Assembly (NCBI GenBank): GCA_951406725.2
Contig: OX597828.1
Coordinates: 35,092,001-35,156,000, forward strand
Reading direction: 5' to 3'
DNA length: 64,000 nucleotides
DNA from: Octopus vulgaris
Lineage: Eukaryota
Shown piece by piece: positions 25,110 through 39,382 of the stretch (within the stretch, counting starts at the first letter, position 1; every line of letters begins with the position of its first letter). The position numbers and the translations under genes are program-made. Below the pieces are notes generated by a model. That model was not told where the DNA came from, did not search any database, and was given only the letters and a program-made list of their open reading frames with translations.

Positions 25110-26130
25110 GATGAGGATGATGATGATGATGATGGTAATGATGATAGTTGTAGTAGTGGTGGTGGTTTGGGATCGAGTAGCGTTGGAGGCAGTCTGCATA
25201 ATACTGATAACAGTTAAGTAGTAGTAGTAGTAGTAGCAGCAGCAGCAGTAGTAGTGATGGCGGCGGCAGTGCCGGTGGTGGTGGTGGTGGTGGTGGTGAT
25301 GGTTGAGGGTACAGGAAGGCTTGAAAATAGAACAATTTAATTGCGACGGTTATAGTATGGCGGAGAGTGTTGCTGTTGTTGTTGTTGTTGGTGGTGGTGG
25401 CGGTAGTGATAACTCAGCTTCAATGTCACAGCTGTTGTTTAACCATGGTGACGGCTGTAGTAGTAGTAGTAGTAGTAGTAGGAGGAGGAGGAGGAGGAGG
25501 AGGAGGAGGCGGGGAGGAAAGGTTAATGACAACGATAATCATGATGATGAGGAGGTGGAGGAGGAGGAGGAGGATGTCGATGATGATGATGTTGATGATG
25601 AGGAGGAGGAGGAGGATGTCGATGATGATGATGATGATTATGATGATGATGTCGATGATGTCGATGATGATGATGATGATGGTGATGATAATGATGATGA
25701 TGGGAAGTTTAAATTTGTGGCAATTCTAGCCGAGATCAACTTCTGGGGTGACGAGAAGTGGATGCGGCGGGGAAGGGGCATTCTTCGTCACTCAAGAAAA
25801 ATATCGATTCTTGTTGTTGTTGTTGCTCTTCTTCTTCTTCTTCTTCTTCTTCTTCTTCTTCTTCTTCTTCTTCTTCTTCTTCTTCTTCTTCTTCTTCTTC
25901 TTCTTCTTCTTCTTCTTCTTCTTCTTCTTCTTCTTCTTCTTCTTCTTCTTCTTCTTCTTCTTCTTCTTCTTCTTCTTTCATGGCACGAAAAGTGTAAGCA
26001 TAAATTCTGGCGGGAAGCAACGTTCCATTAAAAAATCCCACTTTTCTTTGCAAATGAAATTTAAGAAAGTCCATAAGGGTTTGATGATGATGATGATGAG
26101 GAGGATGACGACGACGATAATAATGAAGAG
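25110..26130. repeat. Compound trinucleotide island including (CTT)n of about 150 bp at 25828-25976
   Basis: Visible GAT, GTA, GGT, GAG and CTT runs. Confidence 0.9.
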
Positions 26131-26156
26131 GAGGACGGCTATTATAGTAATAAAGC

Positions 26157-26505
26157 TATCTCCTATAGGCACAAGGCCTGAAATTAGTGGGGAAGGGGTC
26201 TAGTCGATTACATTGACCCCATTGCTTGACTGGTACTTATTTCGTCGACCCGAAAGAGGTAGGATGCAAAGTCGACCTCGGCAGAATTTGAGCTCAGAAC
26301 GTAATGACGGACGAAAAGCCGCTAAGCATTTCGTCAGGTGTTTTAACGATTCTACCAGCTCGCCGCCTTAATGGTTTCAGATTTTGGCACAAAGCCAGTA
26401 ATATTTAGCGGTGGGTGGGTGGAATCTTTTTACATCGACCCCAGTGCTCAACTCCTATTTACTTTATCGACCTTAAAGGGACGAAAGGAAAAGTTGACCT
26501 CAATG
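26157..26505 (-). mobile_element. Two SINE B copies (26157-26370 full, 26372-26505 partial)
   Basis: Reverse-complement head, body and alternative tail motifs. Confidence 0.8.
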
Positions 26506-26509
26506 GCAA

Positions 26510-26768
26510 AGGCAGAATCGGTAGCGCGCTGGACGAAATGCTTAGCGAGCTGGCAGAAACGTTAGCACGCCGGGCGAAATACGTAGTCGTATTTCGTCTG
26601 CCGTTACGTTCTGAGTTCAAATTCCGCCGAGGTCGCCTTTGCCTTTCATCCTTTCGGGGTCGATTAAAAAAGTATCAGTTACGCACTGGGGTCGATATAA
26701 TCGACTTAATTCGTTTGTCTGTGTTTAGCCCCTTGTGGCTAGTAAAGAAATAGGTATTTCGCCCGTCT
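26510..26768 (+). mobile_element. Young SINE B nested in an older SINE B head
   Basis: Old head to ..GAAATGCTTAGCG (26547), new copy 26545-26752, host resumes GGTATTTCGCCCGTC at 26753. Confidence 0.85.
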
Positions 26769-26989
26769 AAGAGGTATTCTGCCCCCAGTAGAATTATTAT
26801 TGTTGTTGTTGTTGTTTTAAAATGCTTAGCGGCATTTCGTCCCTAGCTACGTTCTGAGTTCAGATTCCGCCGAGGTTGACTTTACCTTTCATCCTTTCTG
26901 GATCGAAGTAATTGTCTCATCCCCCCCACCAAAAAATTTCTGCCCGTGTGGCAATATTTGAAGCCATTATTATTATTATTATTATTATT

Positions 26990-27450
26990 GAGTGAGAGAG
27001 CAATGCATGTCATCAGAGTGACACTCGGGTAAAATTTAGGAAGCCCAGTATACCCATCATGACTACCCATCTGAAAAAGGTACACCAGGCACATGCATCA
27101 CAACAATATGTGCGTAAAATGGTGATCTCATGGGGCCCAGTTAGAATTTTCTCCAGGTCAAGTAGCCCATCCTCGCAAAAGGTCCCTGAATAAGAGTTGT
27201 TTAAGGATGTTGAACAAAACACCCTTGTTTTGAAAGTGAATTATCCAAACCTCAAAGAATTCCTCTTAACACATGACTATGAAGATCCCCCACTACTTCT
27301 GCTCCACTAAGGGACATACTCAACTGGTTACGGTCAAACAACTGACAAGCAAATCTGTGGTATTGAGCAGAATATTTGCTGTAGCCCATCTTTTATACCA
27401 AGACAAAACAATGTACATGATAACACTTTCAATCACTTAAAATCAGAAGC
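26990..27450 (-). mobile_element. Probable 3' end of another non-LTR retrotransposon with (AAT)n tail
   Basis: Decayed reading frame (GYSKYSAQYHRFACQL..ILKQLLFRDLL) followed by a UTR-like stretch ending in (AAT)n on the minus strand. Confidence 0.4.
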
Positions 27451-27454
27451 CACA

Positions 27455-27640
27455 ATTGCAAAATGCCTGACGGCATTTCGTCTGTCATTACGTTTTGAGT
27501 TCAAATACCGCCGAGTTCGACTTTGCCTTTCCTTCTTCGAGGGTCAATAAAATAAGATTTAGTTGAATTCTGGGGTCGATTTAATTGACTTATCCTCCTT
27601 CCCCGGAAATAGTTGGCCTTGAGCCAAAATTTGAAACTTG
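27455..27640 (+). mobile_element. Degenerate SINE B (a further internally deleted copy lies at 26820-26965)
   Basis: GAGTTCAAATACCGCCGAG..GACTTTGCCTTT..GGGGTCGAT. Confidence 0.75.
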
Positions 27641-27649
27641 TTATGATTA

Positions 27650-27790
27650 TCATTATTATTATGTGATGACGACTCACACCATATATTCAAGAACCCTGCG
27701 AAGAATCTTTGCAGTTACAGGCAATGCTGATTTTTGTAGGTGTTCCACCTTCACACCTGCACCGATGTTTTTCAGCCATGTTGGTAGTTG
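27650..27790 (-). mobile_element. Tiny R4/Dong-like LINE 3' remnant
   Basis: LPTWLKNIGAGVKVEHLQKSALPVTAKILRRVLE; AAT-like tail. Confidence 0.75.
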
Positions 27791-27849
27791 AGTGCTGATA
27801 TTATCCTCCTCCTCCTCCTCCTCATCATCATCATCATCATCGTTATTAT

Positions 27850-28345
27850 TGTATGTTCGACTTTTGCTTTGCATTTGTACAACTTGGCTCCAAGTTTCAC
27901 CCAGAGACCTCAAGAGACAGCAAGTTAGAGGTTCATGTTGGTGTTATGCCTAGGGTGTCGTATATTTGGTTTTCTACATAGTGTTGTTCTAGAGAATGTT
28001 TAAAAAAACCATAAGAAAATTATGTGTTTGTTTTAAAACTTGAGATTACATAGAAAGTATTTTACGTAGGATATGGGCAGTTCCTATGAGCACTATCTTT
28101 TGAATTTCTGTCATTTGGGGTTTCCTGGTATCTGAGCTAGATAGCAATCAGCCCCTTTCGCTATCATTTCTAGGGCACCTATGACAACAGGTATTGTTTT
28201 AGTTTTCAGGTTCCACATTTTGCTAATTTCTATTTCAAGATCTTTATACTTGCTCAGTTTTTGGTAGGTCTTCACAGATACGTTTATGTCGATTCGGGCA
28301 GTCGTATCAATGAGGAGGTATGATTTTTGTTGAGAAGGCATGATT
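27850..28345 (-). mobile_element. R4/Dong-like LINE 3' remnant between AAT-type repeats
   Basis: LLID..KLSKYKDLEIEISKMWNLKTKTIPVVIGALEMI; (AAT)n on the 5' side (28352-28426) and AATAAT/GAT repeats on the 3' side. Confidence 0.85.
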
Positions 28346-28349
28346 TTTG

Positions 28350-28427
<78 letters not shown>

Positions 28428-28682
28428 GTGAGGTTTCGTAACAGGTTAGTGTGAAAAGGTAAAATGTAAGATCGATTAAACGAATGCAATGTAATGAAGA
28501 GAATATACTAGAATGAATGCTGACGTAATCATAATATAGTTTGAAGGAACACACACATACACACATGTATGTATATATGTGTGTATATATATTCACGTGT
28601 ACTTATATATACATATATGTCCATATATATCCATATATATAAGCTTCTAAATGCATACATACGTGTGTGCATATATACATAC

Positions 28683-28719
<37 letters not shown>

Positions 28720-28952
28720 AACCACACGCATATATATGTATACGCATATATATATACATGTATACTCATATATATGAATAGATGTATATATTTATGTACA
28801 TTTTTTAATGTGTTTGTGTTTGTGAGTGTGTGTGTGTAGTATATATATATGTGTGTGTTTGTGTGTGTATTTGTATATGTATATGTACGGATATATATAC
28901 AGATGTATAGAGATATATGTGTGTAGATACATATATACATATATATATAAGC

Positions 28953-28984
<32 letters not shown>

Positions 28985-29565
28985 ACATTTTCATATATAT
29001 ATACCTGTGCGTGTACTTGTAAGAAGGCATAAATGTCGTGTGTGTGTGTGTATGTGTGTGTGTGTGTGTGTGTATGCGTGCGCACCAGCGTAATCTTTTC
29101 TTCTTTTGGGGGAGGTTAGGGGCTGGCGATGTAGGTGAAAACGGTTCCTTTGTTCCAAGGCGAGCTAACTCATCTCATTTATTTTATAAGACATGTTTTG
29201 TTGACTAGTGTTGTTTAAAATCCAATTTAGTCGGTCTTAGATGGTCTTTGTTGCGATATCAACTAAATTTGATTGGAAATAAGTTACTGGAGTGATCTAA
29301 TCGATTCATTCAAGACCTGCATTCTCCTCTCGACCGTTCGTTTATTATATGCGTACTCTTATTACATCGGCCATGACACTCCAATATTATTGTATTATCT
29401 GAGGAGCATCGCATACCGTTCCATATACACCCTTCAGCGTTTGCCTCTCTTTCTCTCTCTCTCCCTCTCTCTCTCTCTCAATGTATGTTTGTCTATCATT
29501 GTACCCCTGCCTGTCGAGCTTTCTCTCTCCCTCTGTCTCTCTCTCACTGTCTCTGTCTCTCGCTG

Positions 29566-29647
<82 letters not shown>

Positions 29648-29866
29648 TACGTCAATGAAGAGCCATTAATTGGAATTTTGTCATATTGCTGCTTTGAAAG
29701 AGTATGTTTAATGCTCAAGAACACACACACACAGAAATATATATGTATATATATATTATATACATTCACACACCCATATATATATGAAGAGATAGAGAAA
29801 GAAAGAGTGGGAGGGAGGGGGAGAAAGAGAGAGACAGAGGCAGCCAGACAGACAAATAGACAGGCT

Positions 29867-29947
<81 letters not shown>

Positions 29948-30403
29948 CCTTGTACTTTAAACGTGCTCTCTCTATATATATGCACACATACATACGTACA
30001 GACATACAGACATGAATGCATACATACATACATACATACATACATACACACATGCATACATGAATGTATACATATACATACATACATACATACATACATA
30101 CATACATACATACATACATACATACATACATACATACATACATACATACGTACGTACGTATGTACATATATTCATGTAATTTACATATAAATGACAAATC
30201 TATAGTAATAGAACTTTTCATTAAAGGCTCCATTTATCCATTCATTCCTTTTTCTTCCCTTCTTTCCTTCCTTCCTTTCTTCCTTCCTTTCTTCCTTCCT
30301 TCCTTGCTTCGTTATTCATTCTTTTTTTTTACTTCAGTCCTTCGTTCGTTTTCTCATTACTGAAACAAGACATTGTACATAGTGAGGTTACCCGAGGTAT
30401 ATC

Positions 30404-30787
30404 GGAGGCGCAATGGCCCAGTGGTTAGGGCAGCGAACTCGCGGTCGTAGGATCGCGGTTTCGATTCCCAGACCGGGCGTTGTGAGTGTTTATTGAGCGA
30501 AAACACCTAAAAGCTCCACGAGGCTCCGGCAGGGGATGGTGGTGATCTCTGCTGTACTCTTTCACCACAACTTTCTCTCACTCTTACTTCCTGTTTCTGT
30601 TGTGCCTGTATTTCAAAAGGTCGGCCTTGTCACTCTCTGTGTCACGCTGAATATCCCCGAGAACTACGTTAAGGGTACACGTGTCTGTGGAGTGCTCAGC
30701 CACTTACACGTTAATTTCACGGGCAGGCTGTTTCGTTGATCGGATCAACCGGAACCCTCGTCGTCGTAACCGACGGAGTGCTTCCAC
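30404..30787 (+). mobile_element. SINE family C, full length
   Basis: tRNA-like head GGCGCAATGGCCCAGTGGTTAGG..ACTCGCGG..GGTTTCGATTCC (TCG in the anticodon-loop position); TSD ACCCGAGGTAT at 30390-30400 and 30792-30802. Confidence 0.93.
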
Positions 30788-31876
30788 ACACACCCGAGGT
30801 ATGATCTTAGGGTTGTAGTGGTTGATAAAGTGGTTACTATTGATCGTCCGAAACTTCTTTGTTCAGGAGGTACATTAGTCTGTATTAGTCACCATGTGAC
30901 TGAAGTGTACAGCTTTGGAGCCAGATGGCGCTGTTGATTGCTTGAAAGATGTAGCGAGCTTATGTGTTGCAATATAAGTTGTGTTGTGTTGTGGATATTT
31001 ACTTCGTCTGTAGCTTGGGACATTGGTGTTTGTCTCCCCAAGATGGGACGAACACCCAACGTCTGAAACTACAGACTTCAATAATTGTTGAGACATATCT
31101 CTTTCAACATGAAAGCAAAGGTAATCTGGTTACCCCACGAATGAAGAACATTCATACACCAATATGGTGTTGAACACTCATTCTCCCTGTTCGATGTTAA
31201 CGTAACACGTCGCGCGCGCACATTATTTTTAAACAAGAATAGTATTGGTTTCAGGTCTTTTGTTAAAGAGTAAGAAATATATACTCTGCATTAAGTACTG
31301 CGTAACCCTTCAGTTTCAACGTAAAAGTGTTCATAATATAACTTGACATAAAAAAACATACATTAATACATATATAGAATTCTCTTTGACTTTAGCTAAT
31401 TTTGGATAGTCTTGAAACCGTTGTGTTAACATGTATTTTCGGATATAATTCATTTGAATGGCATTTCCTGTATCTAAATATGTCGATCCAACAGAAACGA
31501 TCATCGGCTTTGTATGGTGAATTCTACAATGAAAGGTGTGATTTTCTCCATCCGTATTTTTGTTGTTATATATATGTGGTGGGAGTGAGGAGTAAATACA
31601 TAGAGATTATTAAATCCGAACTGGGTCTTGTCAGCACTCCTGCGAATACTAGTTAAAGAATGTATGGAAATGGACAGTTTCCTTTAAAGGGCACCATTCA
31701 TAAAGATTTAAATTCCATGTATAATAAATTAGTTGCAGAGTAGAATATAATAAGTCCAAGAATGGAATTTGGGGAATCACAGTTATTCCTTAGTTACGTG
31801 CGTTTCAATAATACATGGTAGATATATTCCACTTTTCATGAATGTAAGTATGAATTAAAATATTAATGATTTTATA

Positions 31877-32274
31877 TTCTCGTGTACTCTAGGCACAAAA
31901 CCCGAACGCTTTGGGAAGGAGGCAAGTCGATTAGATCGACCCCAGTACGCAACTGGTACTTAATGTATCGACCTCGAAAGGATGAAAGGCAAAGTCGACC
32001 TCGGCGGAATTTGAACTCAGAATGTAAAGACAGACGAAATATTTATTTCTTTACTACCCACAAGGGGCTAAACACAGTGGGGACAAACAAGGACAGGCAC
32101 ACGGATTAAGTCGATTACATCGACCCCAGTGCGTAACTGGTACTTAATTTATCGACCCCGAGAAGATGGATGGCAAAGTCGACCTCGGCAGAATTTGAAC
32201 TCAGAACGTAACGGCAGACGAAATACGGCTATGCATTTCGACCGGCGTGCTAACGTTTCTGCCAGCTCGCCGCC
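31877..32274 (-). mobile_element. SINE B dimer (young full copy + headless alternative-tail copy) in one TSD
   Basis: Junction at about 32034-32044 (minus: GAAATAAATATTTCGTC); TSD TAATGATTTTATA at 31864-31876 and 32275-32287. Confidence 0.9.
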
Positions 32275-32684
32275 TAATGATTTTATAATATTATATCGTA
32301 TGTGATTCATATAAATTTCATCAGAGAGGGTTACAAAGCAATACAATATACGCTTGGAAAATTCTGGTATTTATAGTTAATGTATTACGAAAGATGGAGG
32401 AGCAGCCAGTAGGTCGATTGACAACATACACACATCCACGATGTCAAGGGATGCGGAGCTGGGACAGTAGAGCTCCTTTGGCAGATCATGAGGACCAGAT
32501 ATTAAATATAGCAATTTAAATAGGGTACTGTAAATGTGCTTTTGAATCGATTAGTTCTTATCTTGTTTTAAGTGGGTATTTTTTTAATTATTTATCTTGA
32601 GTACTAAGACTCACATGACCGGTGACTCGGTTTCCACGATATCCCAACAGCCTCCGGAACTGGACGCCGGTCCGATGCAGAAGT

Positions 32685-32862
32685 CAAGGCCAACAATTTT
32701 GAAGGGAGGGGCAATCAATTACATCGACTCCTGTACTTGACCGGTACTTTATTTTATCGAACCTGAAGAGATGAAAGGCAAAGTTGAACCCAGTAGGATT
32801 TGAACTCAGAATGTAAAAATCCGGAAGAAAAGTCACTAAGTATCTTGTCCGGCGTGCTAATA
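32685..32862 (-). mobile_element. Degenerate SINE B
   Basis: GATGAAAGGCAAAGTTGA..ATTTGAACTCAGAA..CGGCGTGCTAA. Confidence 0.75.
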
Positions 32863-32971
32863 ATTTTTTTTTATTCATTAGATTGGTCATAAAGGCCTTA
32901 CAAAGAAAGAAAGCTGCGGGCTGGAAGAAGACATAATGAAATGAAATGTTAAACGATATGATAATAAAGGA

Positions 32972-33201
32972 GGCGGCGAGCTGGCAGAAGCGTTAGCACC
33001 CCGGGCGAAATGCGTAGCCGTATTTCGTCTGCCGTTACTTTCTGAGTTCAAATCCGCCAAGGTCGACTTTGCCTTTCATCCTTTCGGGTTCGATAAATTA
33101 AGTACCAGTTACGCACTGGGGTCGATGTAATCGACTTAATCCGTTTGTCTGTCCTTGTTTGTCTCCTCTGTGTTTAGCCCCTTGTGGGTAGTAAAGAAAT
33201 A
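32972..33201 (+). mobile_element. Young SINE B monomer
   Basis: Full head to GAAATA tail; TSD GATATGATAATAA at 32955-32967 and 33202-33214. Confidence 0.93.
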
Positions 33202-33282
33202 GATATGATAATAATGAAGGCAACAGCAACGCCCGCCGATTGTTGTTTACCCGAGCACATTGTTCTTAATAAGTACCATATC

Positions 33283-33386
33283 TGAGGCAACAAACCTCTT
33301 ACATAGTTCAAAGTAAAACATCAATGAGGCAATAAACCTCTTACATTTACAACACAAAAGCCATTGTGGGGCAAAAACCTCTTACA
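33283..33386. repeat. Three 21-bp direct repeats with 42-bp period
   Basis: TGAGGCAAYAAACCTCTTACA at 33283 and 33325, with a more degenerate third copy at 33367; spacers diverge more. Confidence 0.75.
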
Positions 33387-33489
33387 CAAGTGCTAACAAT
33401 TTTGCTACCACGCAGCCTTAGTTCTTGTCTTTACTTAGTAAAAATAAAGTAAGATCTCAGGACATGACAACCTCATAATGCTGGTTACT

Positions 33490-33670
33490 TGATTTTTTTC
33501 ACCGAGATCACAACATTCCCTTTGACGGGAAGCTAGTTCGTTATAATATAAATGAAGCAACGTGAGACGAAGTATTTTGCTCATAGCCACAGCGCACCGC
33601 CCGTTCCATAAATCGAAATCATGATCTTGCTATAGCGTGTGTAACACGCTAACCACTAAGCTACGCGCTT
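33490..33670 (-). mobile_element. Old CORE-type SINE related to family C
   Basis: Minus-strand head GCGCGTAGCTTAGTGGTTAGCGTG, B-box-like TTCGATT, CORE-like TGAGCAAAATACTT. Confidence 0.55.
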
Positions 33671-34654
33671 GTCTTTAGATACTGAAATTTCTATTCTGAA
33701 CGCAGAGAACCAAATAGCAGAAAAAACGGATATTTAGTGTCAGCAACGATGCGTAGAACACGAGAATTCTATTGAGGGTGATAACAACATCTAACAATCT
33801 GCCCAGCAGCGTACTCACAATATTTCCTAGAAATAGAGCGATGATATCCATAGGAGATAATAAATATCTGGATGGCTTCAATTAATCTAAATTTAATTTA
33901 ACAATATCGATCTAACACGAAGATTCCTGCGGTTCATATATATTGGTTGAGTCTCCTATTTCTGGTTTCCCAAATTTGATACACATCGATCTCGGTTTTC
34001 GAATTACCTTTGGTCAGTCAACCGGACAGTAACCATTCATCACCTGGTCACTAACAGAAATGAAAGAAAAAAAGGAGGGAAAAGGGGGGGTGTTTCTTAT
34101 TTGAGCCTTACTAATTTTAACTAGCTCGTTAACACGGATACTAAACAGAGTGACGAAGGAAACCTCTGCCTGCTTATTTCACTTGCTAGAAATAACAGCA
34201 AAATTTACTTCGGTTCAGATGTTGATATACTGAAACGAAAAAGGATAATGTAGTGCTGTGTATATGCTGCCTCTTTAAACAAGGCTGGATGGTCATAGTT
34301 GGAAAGATTTTTGGTCAGGTTTTGATTCGACCAGTTTTGAACTGAGAGTAACACAACGGAATTAACAGCTTCGATAATGTTATATTCATATATCACTATA
34401 CCACTATATCCACCCATCCATCCATCCATCAATCCACCCACCCATTCATCCATCCATCCATCCACCCACCGATCCATCCATCCATTCATATATATTTATA
34501 ATTATGTGCATGTATACACATCCATCCAACCATACATACATACATGCAAACATACATACATACATACATACATACATACATACATACATACATACATACA
34601 TACACATCACACATACATTTATACACACACGCATAACCTACATATATACGTAAA

Positions 34655-34913
34655 TAGCTGTAGCTCAGTGGTTAGGAGTATTCGGCTCGCGATCGTAAAA
34701 TTGTGAGTTCGATTTCCGGCGGCGCGTGGTGTCTTTGAGCAAGACAATTTATTTCTCTTTACTCCACTCCACTCACCTGGCAAAAATGAGTAGTACCTGT
34801 ATTTCAAAGGGCCAGTCCCGTCACACTTTATGTCACGCTGAATCTCCCTGAGAACTACGTTAAGGGTCAGCGTGTCTGTGGAGTGCTCAGCTGGAACACT
34901 CGTTGTCGTAACC
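34655..34913 (+). mobile_element. Older SINE C subfamily (further copies at about 44520-44700, 51350-51637, 63337-63658)
   Basis: GCTCAGTGGTTAGG..GAGTTCGATTTCC head, TGTCTTTGAGCAAGACA segment, shared GAGAACTACGTTAAGGGT body. Confidence 0.8.
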
Positions 34914-35238
34914 ATCTGAAATCCAGAACGCACGCACGCACGCACACACGCACACACACACAAACACACACACACACACACACATACACACACAAACACA
35001 CACACACACACGCACACACACACTTACAAGCGCACATTGATATAAAAACACCTTCAAACTGAGCACAAGACAGAAATCGTGGAAGCCCGGTGGATGTGTT
35101 GTACCAAAGAATTATGTTATGTGTACACGTGACTGAAATACACCAATTCAATGAGTAATATTGATCGTCGAAACCGACGGAGGTCCATGTTGCTTTACAT
35201 CTAAATATAAGTTTCTTTGTAAGTAAATATATTCGCAT

Positions 35239-35279
<41 letters not shown>

Positions 35280-35860
35280 CTTATATCCATGAACATGTTT
35301 GTACATGCGTATTGACATATGTGTGTGTGTGTTGTTAGATTAATACCGGCACATACATAAGCGCATATATTATAATATATATATATATATATGTATATAT
35401 GTATATATATGTGTGTGTGTATACAGACACACATACATATATACGTAAATACATAATACACACACACACATACATATGCCTATAGATATAGTTATCAGTT
35501 TTATATGGCAGCAATCACACTTCACAAACTGTTTGCCCACCAGCGATGTATTGGAAGATATTGAAGACAACTAAAGTGCTTCAGAAGATGGACCGGTGTT
35601 AATCGATCCACTTCTTCGTCGTATTTATAGAATGAAACGAACGCCTTGTCTGTGGGACATGGGTTAATTAATGTTACGCCATATTGAATGAGAGACCGGC
35701 GTTTTTGCCTTATATAACAGACGTTGAAGCAGTTATAGATGTACGAAGATACAAATGTATGTCGATCGATACGTATAAATCACATACAGAGAGATGTAAG
35801 CATTCATGCATATGTAAAACATTCATGCATATGTAAACACACACAGCCCCCCACACGGAC

Positions 35861-35901
<41 letters not shown>

Positions 35902-35932
35902 GAGAGAGAAGTATTATACGTACATTACAGAC

Positions 35933-35980
<48 letters not shown>

Positions 35981-36131
35981 CATTATACGTACATTACAGA
36001 CAATACGTACATTACAGAGAGGGAGACACTTGTTCTTTGGCAAGAAAGTCTAGGCCCTTGCCTCACTTTTGAGGTTTTACAACTAATACATTGTACACAT
36101 GCATACATACATACATACATACATACATACA

Positions 36132-36167
<36 letters not shown>

Positions 36168-36379
36168 CTGAGTGATATTCCGTTTTTAAGACCAAACTTG
36201 TGTGTATGTGTTCATATACATACATATCAGTTATACATATATATATATATATAACTCTGTGTGTGTATGTGTGTGTACGCGCGTGGGTATACATAAATAT
36301 GTATACGCACATATATATGTGTATGTATATGTGGCCAATTAACTGGCAGAAATAGCAGCTAAGTCTATCAGAAACATTG

Positions 36380-36424
<45 letters not shown>

Positions 36425-36728
36425 TTTAATTCAAATTGCTTTAAAACGGATTTATATAAGAAGACTAGGGGCGATTTCAAGCGGATATTATAAACCTAGA
36501 AATATTATGTAGAAATCAAGGCGGGATAGTCATGGCTGGAAGGATTTCGTTGTGGGTCTGCTCGTTCAGGAATAACATAGAATTAAACAGCAGTAGCTAT
36601 AACCGATTCCATTACCACTTCCATCACAACCACCACAAATAGCAACAATCCTCAACAACAACCACCTCTACCACAACCACCACCACTACTACTACAAGTT
36701 CACAAACTCTTCTTTGATATATACACAC

Positions 36729-37318
<590 letters not shown>

Positions 37319-37998
37319 ATATATATATATATACACACTCACAAACACACACACACGCTCACAAACACACGCACACATTGACCCTTTTAATGACTTCTCT
37401 TCAGCCCAACCCCAAACACACACCCAAACCTCTATCAAAATCCCCAGGCCAAAACCAGACCTAAACCCCACAAACCAAATTCTACATTCTACACTTAGGA
37501 ATGATTGACATAGTTACTTTAGAATGGTTCCTCTAAAGTAATATATCAAGGAATTAGTTGATGGTCATATTTTATTCATACGAACCAGCACAGACATTAA
37601 GCAAAGCTAAATGAAGTAATATCTATTTCGCTTCTTGGGCCCTATCGCTTCTCTTGCCTCTCAGGCTAATACGGAAACTTAATTTTCTTTCTATTATTAT
37701 TTATTGTTTTTGTTTATTAGTATTTTTATTTTTATGCATTTCTTTTCTTTATGGCAGCGAAACGAAAAGAAGAAATGGGAAGAGGGAGAGTGAGAGGAGG
37801 TCACGCGTATATGTTATTATTACAAGACTCCCGTTCAATTATTCAGTAACGTTTATAATTAAATCATGATTCTTAACGTGAAACTTAACTAACAAACCTT
37901 TACCGAGCGAAAAAGCCGAACAGATATTGCATTTCAAAATTAACATCGAGAGCCCCAACCACATGCACAAACATAGAGAAATACGTACAGACACTCAC

Positions 37999-38049
<51 letters not shown>

Positions 38050-38384
38050 TGCGTGTGTATTATACATGTGTATATATATATATATATGTGTGTGTGTCTG
38101 TGTGTGTATGCACGCATTTACATTTATATATGTATTTATGTATGTATTTATGTACGTATTATGTATGTATGTATGTATGTATGTATGTATGTATGTATGT
38201 ATGTATGTGTGTGTGTATGTATGTACGTACAATGTATATATGTATATATGTATGTATGTGTGTGTGTATGTATGTATTATGTATGCATGTACGTACGTAC
38301 TATGTATGTGTGTATGTATGTATGTGTGTATGTCGGACGTTTTGGCTGAAAATTACTCAGAAAAATTACCCATTGAACGAAAGT

Positions 38385-38386
38385 AC

Positions 38387-38422
<36 letters not shown>

Positions 38423-38657
38423 CAGCAGCAGCAGCAGTAGTAGAAGAAAATGAAGAAGAAGGAGAAGAAGAAGGAAAAGAAGGAGAAGAAGGAGGAGGAG
38501 AAGAAAAAGAAGAAGAAGGAGGAGGAGGAAGAAGAAGAAAAAGAAAAAGAAGAAGAAGAAGAAGAAGAAGAAGAAGAAGAAAAAGAAGAAGAAGAAGAAG
38601 AAGAAGAAGAAGAAGAAGAAGAAGAAGAAGAAGAAGAAGAAGAAGAAGAAGAAGAAA
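38385..38657. repeat. (AGT)n-(AGC)n-(GAA)n compound microsatellite
   Basis: Visible simple repeats. Confidence 0.9.
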
Positions 38658-38990
38658 CAATATATGATTAATTAACAACTTCGTTATTCTACGCAGTGTC
38701 CTGCATTGTTTTAATTAGCAAATATTCCGGTTGTCTTTGAGGTAGTAAAATTGAAACCAGGCTGGAACAATTCAACGGAAAATATTCCTGCATAATTTCC
38801 GTTAATTATATTTCTACATCTAACGGTAAGCGAGAAACTGCGAATTCACGTCTTACACTTTCATATATGTCTTCCATCAAGGTACCAGGGAAAAAAACAA
38901 CCCCGCTCCTCCACAAAGCATTACCAATTTCAGATTTTTATCCAAGAATGTGTACCTAAAGATGACCTAAAACGAATTGACTGGACTATT

Positions 38991-39382
38991 TTATCTTTTA
39001 CGTGTTTCAGTCATTATAGTGCCACCATACTGGGGCATAGTTCTAAAGGGTTAGTCGAATAAGTTGCCTTTATACTTCTTTTTCTCTTAAACCCCTATTT
39101 TACTCTATCTGCCCCTATTGCCGAGCCGGCAACAGCGATGGTAGGGGACACATACAGGTTACGCTACATTAGACATGTTCAGAAATATGGATAAAAATAT
39201 AAATAAAAAACGGAAACAGGAACGTATTTCTGTAAGTGAATGCCAATTAAATTCACTCTAAAGGCTTTGGTCAACCAAAGGCTAGAGTAGAAGACATTTA
39301 TCCTAGGTGCCATGCAATGGAACTGAACCCCAAACCATGTGAATGAGTAGCAAACTTCTTACCACACAGGCACGCCCGCGGC
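38991..39382 (-). mobile_element. Degenerate SINE A
   Basis: Reverse-complement tail (TGTTTCAGTCATT) and head (CTTACCACACAG) recognisable. Confidence 0.7.

Noticed and set aside
25303-26031. 242-aa acidic / poly-Leu ORF
   Set aside because: Made of GAT/GAG/CTT runs, with overlapping ORFs in several frames and no recognisable domain.
30404-30478. tRNA-Arg gene
   Set aside because: The tRNA-like head continues into a SINE body and is TSD-flanked; it has no proper acceptor stem.
30810-31190. Possible decayed LINE ORF1 zinc-knuckle remnants here and at 41880-42120 (minus)
   Set aside because: Resemblance too faint to support by eye; needs BLASTX against a TE library.
33283-33386. CRISPR-like repeat-spacer look
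   Set aside because: Only three imperfect repeats, short A-rich spacers, no cas genes, and a eukaryotic context.
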